Positions 39,876-50,297 of a DNA stretch of 64,000 nucleotides are shown here, piece after piece. Each line of letters starts with the position of its first letter. The first letter of the stretch is position 1. The notes below the pieces were generated by a model that was not told the DNA's origin, made no database searches, and was given only the letters and a program-made list of their open reading frames with translations. Position numbers and translations under genes: made by a program. Origin of the DNA: a virus; the IMG/VR virus record IMGVR_UViG_3300029822_000001, positions 58,968 through 122,967 of that record; one strand, 5' to 3'.

Positions 39876-40414
39876 TTAAACAGAACAGTAACAAAGTTTT
39901 CAATAAAGCCTAAATCTATCTCTGCACGTCGTAAGTACCTTACAAGGTATCTGTACTCTTGAATTGAGCTACACCAATCAGCAACAAAGGATAAATTATC
40001 TCTTACTCGTTTAACATCATGGGATGATAAATATTCAAAGTAGGACATATCATTATTCATACAAAACATAATCGAAGTTATTTCTAAACAAACTCCTTGA
40101 AGTATTTTATACGTGGCTGGGTTATTGATTTTCATATTACTCTTCATTATTGCTGTAATCATTTTGTCAGATACATCTGTGTCATAATCAGGAAAACACT
40201 GATTAAGCTTACTTGTGTACAAAGTATAGGAACAATCTGATATAGCTAAGTTATACCCTTTTTCACTTCCATAGTCTCTGACTAGTTCATTAGTAGGAAT
40301 ATCTAAAGTACTACCATTGTACATAGGAGTTCCTTTAAGAAAGGTTAAATAACTTGCAGGGAGCATATAGTAGTCAGTATCTAAGTCGTCTGAAGCATCT
40401 ACTAAGTCATTCAT
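39836..40414 (-). CDS. putative baseplate-region structural protein
   Basis: ORF with AGGGGG RBS; synteny. Confidence 0.6.
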   Translation of the reverse strand: MNDLVDASDDLDTDYYMLPASYLTFLKGTPMYNGSTLDIPTNELVRDYGSEKGYNLAISDCSYTLYTSKLNQCFPDYDTDVSDKMITAIMKSNMKINNPATYKILQGVCLEITSIMFCMNNDMSYFEYLSSHDVKRVRDNLSFVADWCSSIQEYRYLVRYLRRAEIDLGFIENFVTVLFNQAKIQSDLSSSD

Positions 40415-40428
40415 TAAATGTCACCCCC

Positions 40429-41232
40429 CTAGAATAGGCCGTTCAAATCTAAAAGACCCAGATATGGTGAAACAGAAGAAGCCTTGGTGTTTACTGTATG
40501 CTTATATTGCTTTCTCTTCCTCTTAGCAATCTCTTTTTGCATCTTCCTAGCACTAATAGAGTTACCTGATAGATAGTTTTTTGGAACTGTATATTGTTTC
40601 CCTGTTTTATCTTTAACTTTCTTCTTAGAATTCTTACCCTGTCCTGATATCTTTTTAGACTTATTAGTGTCAGAGGTACGTCCATTTTGGGTAACACCCT
40701 TGTTTTTTGTACTAGTATTAGATTTGTCAGTATTACTGTTTCCTGGATTAAAATCTGTTTGGTCATTAGAACGTGCTACAGAAGCATCTCCTACTACCAA
40801 AAATATGATATTGTAGTTATGAAGAATTGCACCACTATCTACAGACTGATTGTAACCCAAGCTACTGTTAAGCTCTACATACCAGCTATGACCGTGCGTT
40901 TTATCATGAAATATGAGGTCCTCATTATTTCCTATGTTGTCCTGTGTAGAAGTAATGTGACCTAATAAAAACTTGTAAAGTTCCTGTGCCCTAGTCCACC
41001 CAGCACCGTGAGCCCAACCAGTGTTACCCACAAGAGTAATCGTATGTTGTCCTTCACCAAAGTTCTGTGCAGAACCACTAGAACGGGTAGGAATATAGGT
41101 AGTACGTGGGTCGATACTCTCATCAAAGCTCTGAGGGTTGACATCAAAGGAAAAAGTTGTAGAACCAGATGGGGTTCTTCTTTCTAATTCCATGCGATAA
41201 AAAGTGTTGGAACCATCTGTTAAAACAGTCAT
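40429..41232 (-). CDS. putative tail-tube initiator/baseplate hub protein
   Basis: F.VNPQ, FG.G...ITL.G.TG; synteny. Confidence 0.6.
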   Translation of the reverse strand: MTVLTDGSNTFYRMELERRTPSGSTTFSFDVNPQSFDESIDPRTTYIPTRSSGSAQNFGEGQHTITLVGNTGWAHGAGWTRAQELYKFLLGHITSTQDNIGNNEDLIFHDKTHGHSWYVELNSSLGYNQSVDSGAILHNYNIIFLVVGDASVARSNDQTDFNPGNSNTDKSNTSTKNKGVTQNGRTSDTNKSKKISGQGKNSKKKVKDKTGKQYTVPKNYLSGNSISARKMQKEIAKRKRKQYKHTVNTKASSVSPYLGLLDLNGLF

Positions 41233-41234
41233 AG

Positions 41235-41444
41235 CTATTCCTTCTTATCTTTTTCCTTACCTGCATTCTGCATAGTCCTAATTTGTACCTTTAACATTGA
41301 GATTTCTTGTTGCTTGTTAGCAATCTCAGCAGCAAAATCTGACGACATTTGTTTAATTACTTCACTTGGGTCTAATGTTATTTTGTTGTCCATAGTCACT
41401 AAAAACTCCTTTTTATTTTTCTTTGATGTCCATATGTTCTTCAT
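41235..41444 (-). CDS. small hypothetical protein (possible fibre chaperone)
   Basis: Short coiled-coil ORF after the fibre gene. Confidence 0.5.
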   Translation of the reverse strand: MKNIWTSKKNKKEFLVTMDNKITLDPSEVIKQMSSDFAAEIANKQQEISMLKVQIRTMQNAGKEKDKKE

Positions 41445-44400
41445 CCATTCTTTTAAGCTGCTCTAGGGAAATGTCTGATTTAGGCAAACGGTCTGTTTCA
41501 CTCCCTCTACGGCGTACCTTAACTTCCCATCCAAAAGGAATATTTGGCAAAGAAGATTCCACAACAAAGTGGTCACTTTTTCTTTCAGAAACCCATACAT
41601 TCCCCTTACCATAAGGAGTTATAAATACTTGGTAAGGAAAGCTAGTATTAACAGTATCTCTAAATATAGTATCTATGTTAACTGTTACCTTACAAGTGTC
41701 ATCTGTACTTTCTTCACCAAGGTCTCCAAAGTAACTTTCAGCAGTTTCATATGCGTACAATCCACGAACGCCATCACGAGTAGGTTGGATGCTTTGCTTA
41801 GCTCCTCCTACTGCTAGACTACCAGCAATTTGCACCGAACCGTTTAAGTACATTCCTGCACCATATACTTCAATTATAGGTGCGTCACCAAAAACTGGTG
41901 GGTACTTCTCATAAGATGGTTCATATTTTTTAGGAAGAGTAAAGACCCATGAGCCATATGGATTAATGTCCATATAGGATAATGGATCACTTGATGGAGT
42001 AGAACCTGACGCATAATTTTTAACCAGAAACCCAGCGGGAGAACTCTGTGCAGTTGACTTGGACAAATCGGATACAGTGTTAAACTCAATAAATTCTTTA
42101 CCAAATACAGCGTCACCCGTAGTAGCTGTAACAGTGCTCAACGGAGTGTTCCCATTACCTGGACTTATTACTACCGAATCAGCGGCACTAAGCATAATAC
42201 TAGGATATGTTGCTCCAATGGCAATCTCGTTAAGAGCAATCTGACCTTGCCAAACAGAAGCACTAGTATCCTTCCAATAGCTAATATCGGCATCATTAAT
42301 AGTCATCACCCCAATATCATTACCACTAAGTATTTCACCCTTAGTTACATCAATATTAAAAGTATTAGAACTATTCTTTATATTTCCGGCTTCAAAATTA
42401 ACTTCACCAGTATCCAAGTCAATGCTTAAATCTTTACCAGTAATGTTACCGGATGAGAATTTAACTTCACCAGTATCCAAGTCAATACTTAAGTCTTTAC
42501 CAGAAATAATACCTGCCACAATGTTGTTAGCACTAAAGTTTTCCACGTTAACCTTAGATATATCAAAGGTACCCGTCTTAATTAAGTCAGCGGTTAAAGT
42601 ACCCGCAGTAATATTAGAAGCATTCAACTTAATCACGTTAACAACGCTACCATCTAAGGTACCAGTTATAATCTTACTTGCATCTATGTTGGAAACAGTA
42701 ACCTTACTTGCATCTAAGGTACCAGTAAGAATTGAAGAGGCACTTAGATTGGTAACAACTACTTTACTTGCATCTAAGGTACCAGTAGTCATAAGGTCGG
42801 CATCTAAAGTACCTGTCGTAATTAAACTAGCATTCATATTTCCAGTAGTAATATTAGTAGCATCAATATTAGTACCTTCTATTTTACTAAAGTCTATTGT
42901 ACCAGATGTAATACTATTAGCTGTCAAATCCTTAGCTATAATATGGTTAAAGTCCAGTTCTCCACCAACAATTTTACTTGCCGACATAGTACCTGTAGTA
43001 ATATTAGAAGCATCTAACTTGGTAACTGAAATAACACTTGCATCAATGGTACCAGCAGTCAATTTACTAGCAGTCAAACTATCTATTTTAGCATCAGTTA
43101 TTTGTGCATCACCAATCATAGCTGTTTTTATAATGCCATTATCAATAGTTGTTTCACCAGTAATATGATTCTTAGCACCGTCAATAAGTACCCCGCTGTC
43201 ATCCAAATTTATTTGAGTGATAACGTCACCTTTTTGTACCCTTAAATTGATGTCATCAACTAATTGAGTAATTTGTGATTGACTAACCGTAGACTGGTAC
43301 AAGTTTAACTGTGATAAGAAACTAGCAATATCTCCAGACTGTACATAATAGGTAGAATTACTATCCCCTACACTAAATAGGCTAAATCCTAATAACCAAG
43401 TTTCTGGAGCAAACACCTCATACCAAGCAGCAAACCAGTTATGCTGAACAGTATCTGATGGTTTCCATCCAGGTTGAATATTTGCTTGGTAGGGGGCACT
43501 AGCTGACTGGTCATAAGGAGGTATCCCTAATTCACCAAACATAATAGGTTTATTCCACTTATCATAAAAATTCTTGATTTCCTGATAAATGTTCTGTTCT
43601 CTATCATGAATAGGTACACTATAAATACCGTCTTTAATATCTTGTACCGATGGATTAATCTTGTCAGTAACCTCAAAATAAGCAGCTATAGCAATAACAT
43701 CTACATAGCCAAACAAAGGACTATTTAACTTATTTTGGTAGGCCATCTGCGTATCAGAAGCATCCTTAGAAGTTACCCAATGGGTTGTTTCATAAATAAC
43801 TCTAGTAGTATTCTTACTAGTAGCCGTGTCTAAATAGCTCAAAATGGACCGTACAGAGGTTATAAGGGTATCCCACTTACTACTATAGGATTCCAAACTA
43901 TCTAGCTTAGAACCCACATATAGGCCATATACCTGGTACTTGGCTGCTAGTTGGGCAAGTTTACTCATTACTGAAGTCCAAGAGGTAAACCAAGTATCTA
44001 CACTTGAAGGTTCCCATCCTGAACTACTACTATTACCATTATTGATTAAAGGATAAGGTTCCAAAATTATCTTGGTATTCGTATCATTAGCTTGAACTGC
44101 CTTAATACTAGTTTCTAGCCCTGTTAAGTCAGTATCAGATACTACTGGAGAACTATCTGAAGTATCCGTCGCGGTAACATAAACAGGCAAAGTGATACTA
44201 TTTAGCTTAAGGGTATTAATACTATCAATAATGTTGTTAGTAGCCCCTTGTACTTTATCTGATAAGTTACCACCTTTAATCCGATTAGTATCAACTACTC
44301 CAGTATTCTTAGTAGTCATATCTAAGTCGTACTGCTTTTGCTCAACTTTAGTACTAATTTGATTACTCATTTGTACTGTAGCAGAATCAAAGTCTTTGTC

Positions 44401-46989
44401 TGATACCTTAGTAGCAATCATATCATCTAACTGTACAATCTGAGACTGGGTAACAGACTTTTCATAATAAAAAGTCTTTTTCCAGTACTTGTATACAGAA
44501 GTACTACTATCATAGTTATAACTATCGTATGGGTTACCAATACAATAGGAGTTTATACCCTTAAACCAGTCTAAGTCCTCAAAGGTAACATACCAAGCTT
44601 CTAGCCAAGACTCCTGAATGCTTGATGAAGCTACTTGACTAGACATTGTTGTACCATTATAAGGTGCTTGTGCTGCTCCTGAATAAGCAGGTATTCCTAC
44701 GTCTCCCAGTAAAATAGGCTTCTTCCACTTATCATAAAAATTCTTAATTTCCTGATAAATGTTTTGTCCTCTTTGGTATAACGGAACATTTTTAAAATAT
44801 CCCTCTAAGTCACTAGCAGTTGGTTCAGTATCATCAGTAACCTCAAAGTACGGAGCGATAGCAATAATATCTACCATTCCCCACAAAGGATAAGCTAATT
44901 TTGTTTGGTACTTATTGTTAGAATTAGTATCCCAGGTAGCAGTTGTCCAATAACTTGACATGTACAGCAGCTGTCCCGAAAAAATAGGCTTAATTGTATT
45001 AATTAAACTTGTCCAGTTATCTGTATAACTTTCTAAGTTATCAAAAGCATACCCAATGTATAACCCGTACACATTGTACTGATTGACCATAGTAGCAACA
45101 CTGGATACAATCTTGGTCCAAGAATCAAAAAAGGAAGAAACATCAGTAGGCGTGTAGTTTTTAGGAGAAACATAACCAGAAGATACTATAGGTAATGGTT
45201 CAATTAATACCTTTGGAATAACATCTAAGGTATTAATCTTTTTCAGAAATCCCTCAACTTGAGCATAGTCATTAACGTTAAGCACTGGATTAGAATCTTT
45301 TGCATTGTTGAAATTAACCCTAATCTGAAAAGTTACAGTGTTAACTTGCAGGTCAGATAGTTCCGCATTTAGGTCAGAAAAAGTTATGGTGGAACTAGGA
45401 GATATGGTAACCCCTTTAACTCGATTAGGGTCAACATTTTTGTCACTCTTCGTTGTACTAATGCCTTGGATACCTTCTAATGCATCATTAGCTTTTTCAA
45501 ATGCACTATTAGCCTGTTGAGTTGCACTATTAGCAGTCCGCTGAGCCTCTTTCGTATCGTCACTTAGCCCTGCGATATCCTCGGTATTCTTTTTTGCTTG
45601 TGATGCAACACTATCAGCTGCTTCTTGTGCTTTGTTACCAATAGCTGCTGCACTATCAGCCGCAGCCTTTGCATTATCTGCTGCCCTCTGTGCCTGAGTA
45701 CCTGTATCATAAGCACTGTTTGCCTTAATTAAAGCTGCATTACCAGCAGTTTGAGCTTCACTAGCAATTTCCTGAGCAGTACTTGCTGCTTGCTTAGCAG
45801 CTTCTGCAACTCCAGCAGCTTGGTTGCCTACTTGTTGTGCATTATTTGCAGCGTCCGTTGCTTCTTGAGTAGCCTTTTGTACTTCATCCTGTACCTTACT
45901 AATCTCATCCGCTAAATTTTCAGTCCACTCTTTGGTAATACCAGATACCGCCTTAGTAATATTATCGGCTGTATCTTGGGTATTAGCAATAGGCTTACCA
46001 TTAACACTTACAGCATCTGGAGAAACATCAATAGTACCTGTCTTAGTACCATCACTTGAAATGATAGAAGTTGTCTTATCCTTATCTCCTACAGTTAGCT
46101 TTGTATAAATAGAACTGTCAATTCCATCGTCACCAATACCATCATACTGTTTAGCTAGAGTTATCCCACCATTTTGAGACACTTCTATCATAGAAACTAC
46201 TTGACTACTATCTTTATCTGTAGCAATAATAGCTAAGTTTCCATACCTATTTAAGTACACACGAGTATAGTGATTATTGGTTATATTATCTGTATCTTTC
46301 TCAGTGTTATCCTCGTGAACTAAACTCCAGTCTCCTGCCATAACTGACTCAGAAGTATCAGAGGAATCATCGGAGTAGGTCCCCTGTTGACCCAAACGTT
46401 CAATGCCTCTATTTATTCTGGATGCATACGAACTATTAACAGTAAAGTATGATTTTCCATTAAATAGACGATACAGGTCACCTTTACCAGATTGATAGTA
46501 TACTTGACCAGAGGGATATACTTTTTTAGTTGCTAAATCACTACCAATTTCGTCTGTTGTTTCATCTATATTAGAAGTATCGTCAATTGCTGGACTAATT
46601 AGTTCATAAGAAGATTCAGTATCTGGATAAACTCCAATCACAACGGGAGATGACGTTTTTCCACCAATGTAAGCAACCAATATACGATTTCCCACAGATA
46701 TAGGACGATAACTTCCAAAGGGCTTGCCATCACTGTTATTTCCCCAAAAGTCTACTGGAATCTTAGCTGAACCTGACATAGCGTTATGTTTTTCCGTTGC
46801 TATATAAGAGGAACCCATAAGAGTTGTTTTAAAGTCTAATGTTCCCTTTTTATAGTACACATTAGTAACAATTCCCCAGGATACATATACCTGCTTATTA
46901 GTAGATAAGTCCCGTACTGATACGTTCTTTCCTAGAGCAGACTCTCTTCTGGTAGGCTTATTAAGAGAGCTGATAACCTCATCTGACAT
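41413..46989 (-). CDS. tail spike/fibre: N-terminal OB-like anchor, coiled coil, two GH113-like TIM barrels, 10-aa repeat shaft, C-terminal chaperone-like domain
   Basis: RP..VG..ILVAY......PVVIG; Ala-rich coil; two LEP.P/IAIA.YFE/KPI..G..GIP domains; DASxITTGTL repeats; YETAESYFGDLG...YQVF. Confidence 0.8.
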   Translation of the reverse strand: MSDEVISSLNKPTRRESALGKNVSVRDLSTNKQVYVSWGIVTNVYYKKGTLDFKTTLMGSSYIATEKHNAMSGSAKIPVDFWGNNSDGKPFGSYRPISVGNRILVAYIGGKTSSPVVIGVYPDTESSYELISPAIDDTSNIDETTDEIGSDLATKKVYPSGQVYYQSGKGDLYRLFNGKSYFTVNSSYASRINRGIERLGQQGTYSDDSSDTSESVMAGDWSLVHEDNTEKDTDNITNNHYTRVYLNRYGNLAIIATDKDSSQVVSMIEVSQNGGITLAKQYDGIGDDGIDSSIYTKLTVGDKDKTTSIISSDGTKTGTIDVSPDAVSVNGKPIANTQDTADNITKAVSGITKEWTENLADEISKVQDEVQKATQEATDAANNAQQVGNQAAGVAEAAKQAASTAQEIASEAQTAGNAALIKANSAYDTGTQAQRAADNAKAAADSAAAIGNKAQEAADSVASQAKKNTEDIAGLSDDTKEAQRTANSATQQANSAFEKANDALEGIQGISTTKSDKNVDPNRVKGVTISPSSTITFSDLNAELSDLQVNTVTFQIRVNFNNAKDSNPVLNVNDYAQVEGFLKKINTLDVIPKVLIEPLPIVSSGYVSPKNYTPTDVSSFFDSWTKIVSSVATMVNQYNVYGLYIGYAFDNLESYTDNWTSLINTIKPIFSGQLLYMSSYWTTATWDTNSNNKYQTKLAYPLWGMVDIIAIAPYFEVTDDTEPTASDLEGYFKNVPLYQRGQNIYQEIKNFYDKWKKPILLGDVGIPAYSGAAQAPYNGTTMSSQVASSSIQESWLEAWYVTFEDLDWFKGINSYCIGNPYDSYNYDSSTSVYKYWKKTFYYEKSVTQSQIVQLDDMIATKVSDKDFDSATVQMSNQISTKVEQKQYDLDMTTKNTGVVDTNRIKGGNLSDKVQGATNNIIDSINTLKLNSITLPVYVTATDTSDSSPVVSDTDLTGLETSIKAVQANDTNTKIILEPYPLINNGNSSSSGWEPSSVDTWFTSWTSVMSKLAQLAAKYQVYGLYVGSKLDSLESYSSKWDTLITSVRSILSYLDTATSKNTTRVIYETTHWVTSKDASDTQMAYQNKLNSPLFGYVDVIAIAAYFEVTDKINPSVQDIKDGIYSVPIHDREQNIYQEIKNFYDKWNKPIMFGELGIPPYDQSASAPYQANIQPGWKPSDTVQHNWFAAWYEVFAPETWLLGFSLFSVGDSNSTYYVQSGDIASFLSQLNLYQSTVSQSQITQLVDDINLRVQKGDVITQINLDDSGVLIDGAKNHITGETTIDNGIIKTAMIGDAQITDAKIDSLTASKLTAGTIDASVISVTKLDASNITTGTMSASKIVGGELDFNHIIAKDLTANSITSGTIDFSKIEGTNIDATNITTGNMNASLITTGTLDADLMTTGTLDASKVVVTNLSASSILTGTLDASKVTVSNIDASKIITGTLDGSVVNVIKLNASNITAGTLTADLIKTGTFDISKVNVENFSANNIVAGIISGKDLSIDLDTGEVKFSSGNITGKDLSIDLDTGEVNFEAGNIKNSSNTFNIDVTKGEILSGNDIGVMTINDADISYWKDTSASVWQGQIALNEIAIGATYPSIMLSAADSVVISPGNGNTPLSTVTATTGDAVFGKEFIEFNTVSDLSKSTAQSSPAGFLVKNYASGSTPSSDPLSYMDINPYGSWVFTLPKKYEPSYEKYPPVFGDAPIIEVYGAGMYLNGSVQIAGSLAVGGAKQSIQPTRDGVRGLYAYETAESYFGDLGEESTDDTCKVTVNIDTIFRDTVNTSFPYQVFITPYGKGNVWVSERKSDHFVVESSLPNIPFGWEVKVRRRGSETDRLPKSDISLEQLKRMDEEHMDIKEK
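42397..43130 (-). repeat. 30-nt (10-aa) degenerate tandem repeats of the fibre shaft plus a 63-nt duplication
   Basis: Recurrent cttacttgcatctaaggtaccagt; GKDLSIDLDTGEV twice. Confidence 0.85.
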
Positions 46990-47007
46990 TTATTATTTAC
47001 CTCCAAT

Positions 47008-50000
47008 CTATTTTAACCTAAGAACTGTTACAATCCCCATGTTTTTTCTCCAAAAAGAAACAGTATTAACTTTGGCACCACCACTAGCATCCCAATTAAC
47101 AGCATTACCATTCCAACCGATAGTTTTTCCACCACCAATGTACATAACGATATGTTCAGGATAAGAACGATTACTCCCAAGTTCCAAACAATCACCAATT
47201 AACATTTTACTGGTTGGTATATTACCCATATGCTTAAAATGACTGTCGCTCATGTCTTCCCCAGTATTTGCTCCAATGGTAACTCCTTGCTTTTTGAAGC
47301 ACCAATAAACAAAGCTAGAGCAATCAAGAATAATTTTACTTGACTTTTTATCTAGGGGATTACTACTCCTTGGATACATTCGTCTTGGTTGGGAATAAGC
47401 TTCGTTTTTATATACACTTTTTCGCTTACTGTATCCAAAAGCTGCCGCATCAGCTGCCGCTTTTTTACCTTTTTTGCCCTTAAGGACTGCTCCTCCAGTA
47501 CTACCACCACCATCTGAATCATCTGATGAATCGTCTGAACTAGCATAGGTTGCTTCATCTTGTGCCATAGTAGGTTCACCAAAGTACCCACCTTTAAACT
47601 CAGTATATAGTCCCCAGTAACTCCAAGGATTTGTAAAACGACGGTTGTCATCTAAAGAATCAAGAGCAATTCCCCGAGTTACACCAATATCAGTAGTCCA
47701 CTGTCCAGCACTGTAATCAAAACTATGACTAACACCCTCAATGTAGTATTCCCAATATACATTTAACTTTTTATCATAAAATCTCAATCTCTTACCAATC
47801 TCTACTCCTAGTATACCACTAACTATGATATCACCAGAATGATACTTAGATTCGTCTGCAAACCAGTTAAATAACTTTTCTGTATACTTCCTGAATAAAT
47901 AAGGTACCCCATTAGCAGCACCATTAGAAGTTTCAGGATTAACACCAGCTTCTGTTTCATTATACCCATACTTTTTAAGTATAGCAGCATACTGTTCTGG
48001 CGTTAGCTTGTACCCATTCTTGATGTATGCCTTAATTATCTCATAAGCCTGTTTAGACCCTAAAGTATAGTTGAACAGGGACATTAGTTCTAAGGCAGCC
48101 TTTTTAGGATGTGCTTTAATAGAGGCATTACTCTTGAGGTACTTAGTACTTCTAGCTAAGTTACCATTAGTTGGATTATAATTAGGAGCAATAACACTTA
48201 AATACCCACTAATAGGTAGTTTATCCTTAGTACTTGCTACTTTGTACTTAGAGTACAATAAGTCTGCCATACCCTTACTAATTTTATGCTCATAACCAGA
48301 GCTAGACTTCTGAATATCCTTTAACTTATCTTCTTTGCTTCCAGAACCTTTTAATATGCTAATAACAGCATTGTACTCACCACTGCCTCCGTAGTTACTA
48401 GGAATAGTTAAACTGGCATCTGACTTCTTTTCTGACCTTGTACGCTTTTTCTTACCCTCTTTAGCAGTATTAAAGGCATTTTCTAGGCTTTCATATGGAG
48501 GATAATGTAAAGAAGCTTGCTGTTCAGTAGTCCCCTCACTAGATGGAACAGTACTATTACTGGACCTTTGTGCAGCGTCATCATTCGTAGAACCTAAGTA
48601 ACCCTTAACCTCTAAAGCGTAGTAAAAGTTACCACCATTTTTGTACAGGTATTCCTTACCGTATTTTCTGGATAATGTCGTGATGTACTTACTAGTAACA
48701 GCACTAGGATTACCATGAGTCTTGGCGTATGATTTTGAGTACTCTTCAGCATCATTTAAGGAAAATGATGAATCCTTATTGTTACTTTCCTTATTAAAAA
48801 ATCCATATCCGCCATATTGATAAGAATGAACTACTGACAGTTTATCATCAACTTTTGGTGACAAACTTTTGCCTTTCTTTTCACCCGCTTTTAAGTAATC
48901 TACTAAGTTTTCAATAGATGCTTTCTTAGTTTTGGAGTCCTCACCAAGATTACCCTTAGTATTTGCAATATCATTCTTACCTGCTTGTTTACTTTCCTGC
49001 TGTAGAATAGCCATTACATAAGGTAACCAGTCAGAAGCCTTCTTGTCCTCACATACTTTCTTAGCTAGAGAATAATAAGACTTAACCTTTGAAGATAAAT
49101 TAACATTAGTATTATTTATCTCTTCTGAATCCTTACTAGACTCCCCCTTGTTACCATTGAAGTAATCACAGGATACTTCCATGACCTTATATAAGTATTT
49201 TTGTATTAAATCTAAGTTAGTTAAAGGTGCCAGATGTCCTGACCAACCACCAGAGTAAGTTTCTGACCCATACCCACTATAAGCAAGTAACTTAAATATA
49301 GATGCTTGGTCTTCATCTGTTACATTAGTCTGGTCATTAATAATAGCATCTGGTGACAAACTTACAACATCTAAAGCATTCCAAGCTTCTGGGTCATAAG
49401 GTGTTGGACGATAGTTAAAGGTTGCAACCCCATCCTCATGAGTCCAAAAATACTCGTTAAAAGGCTTAGCAGACAATCCATCAATCATCTTATATACACT
49501 CATGTTAGGGTTCTGATACTGATTATAAGAACCCGTCATCATGGACTCATCTCTGTTTTCCTGCAAATTTAACTTTATTAAGTTAGTAAGCTTATTCATT
49601 AACTGACCATCATAATAGTTGTAATTTACAAAGTCTCCATCTTGATTTAGCACAAACCTATTCCACACCTGTTGAATAATATTAGCAGAGGTTCTTTGAG
49701 AGAATCTAATACCTTTCTTTTCTTCATCAGGTATCATTTGATATCCACTTAAGGAAGAAGTTAGTTCAGAAAAAGTATCCAGGTTAAGATTAAGAGGTAC
49801 CTTAGCCATACCTTGACCAGCAATGGTATATACCCGCTCATTACTACCCGAGGTAGTTGCCTTAGTAATACTACTTATTAACCCTGTCATTAAAGTAGAA
49901 GTTTGTACATCAGAAGAACTCTGATAGCCACTTGCATTTAATTCGGACCATACCTTAGCATCAATTCTAATGTAATCATTAGGAGATAGTACACTGTCCC

Positions 50001-50283
50001 ACTCATACGTGTCATTTAATTCAATAGTGAAAGAAGGGGCATCCCCATTTCCAGCATCGTTCTGTGTCTGAAAGTTTATTAGCCCATTATTAAAAGAGTT
50101 TTGCTCTTGGGTACTAAAGTCGTATGTTGTTCTAGCAATTACGGGGTACACTCCACTAATTGTATAGAAATTAATAGTAAATTCAACATTAGTTCTTGGT
50201 ACCTCTAATTGACTAGTATCTGCTACCTGATTTGATGATGTACTACTTGCCATTATGTGCCTCCCTTTTATTATGTATCCCAA
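47008..50283 (-). CDS. tail-associated lysin/hub protein with lysozyme-like and C-terminal NlpC/P60 domains
   Basis: KPFNE.F, RPTPYD hub motifs; VMAILQQES...GGNFYY; LDCSSFV...HIVMYIG. Confidence 0.82.
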   Translation of the reverse strand: MGYIIKGRHIMASSTSSNQVADTSQLEVPRTNVEFTINFYTISGVYPVIARTTYDFSTQEQNSFNNGLINFQTQNDAGNGDAPSFTIELNDTYEWDSVLSPNDYIRIDAKVWSELNASGYQSSSDVQTSTLMTGLISSITKATTSGSNERVYTIAGQGMAKVPLNLNLDTFSELTSSLSGYQMIPDEEKKGIRFSQRTSANIIQQVWNRFVLNQDGDFVNYNYYDGQLMNKLTNLIKLNLQENRDESMMTGSYNQYQNPNMSVYKMIDGLSAKPFNEYFWTHEDGVATFNYRPTPYDPEAWNALDVVSLSPDAIINDQTNVTDEDQASIFKLLAYSGYGSETYSGGWSGHLAPLTNLDLIQKYLYKVMEVSCDYFNGNKGESSKDSEEINNTNVNLSSKVKSYYSLAKKVCEDKKASDWLPYVMAILQQESKQAGKNDIANTKGNLGEDSKTKKASIENLVDYLKAGEKKGKSLSPKVDDKLSVVHSYQYGGYGFFNKESNNKDSSFSLNDAEEYSKSYAKTHGNPSAVTSKYITTLSRKYGKEYLYKNGGNFYYALEVKGYLGSTNDDAAQRSSNSTVPSSEGTTEQQASLHYPPYESLENAFNTAKEGKKKRTRSEKKSDASLTIPSNYGGSGEYNAVISILKGSGSKEDKLKDIQKSSSGYEHKISKGMADLLYSKYKVASTKDKLPISGYLSVIAPNYNPTNGNLARSTKYLKSNASIKAHPKKAALELMSLFNYTLGSKQAYEIIKAYIKNGYKLTPEQYAAILKKYGYNETEAGVNPETSNGAANGVPYLFRKYTEKLFNWFADESKYHSGDIIVSGILGVEIGKRLRFYDKKLNVYWEYYIEGVSHSFDYSAGQWTTDIGVTRGIALDSLDDNRRFTNPWSYWGLYTEFKGGYFGEPTMAQDEATYASSDDSSDDSDGGGSTGGAVLKGKKGKKAAADAAAFGYSKRKSVYKNEAYSQPRRMYPRSSNPLDKKSSKIILDCSSFVYWCFKKQGVTIGANTGEDMSDSHFKHMGNIPTSKMLIGDCLELGSNRSYPEHIVMYIGGGKTIGWNGNAVNWDASGGAKVNTVSFWRKNMGIVTVLRLK

Positions 50284-50297
50284 GGAGCTCCTTGAGA

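Noticed and set aside
42422-43168. 248-aa plus-strand ORF and other plus-strand ORFs in the track
   Set aside because: Antisense shadows of repetitive or codon-biased minus-strand genes; no RBS or recognisable motifs
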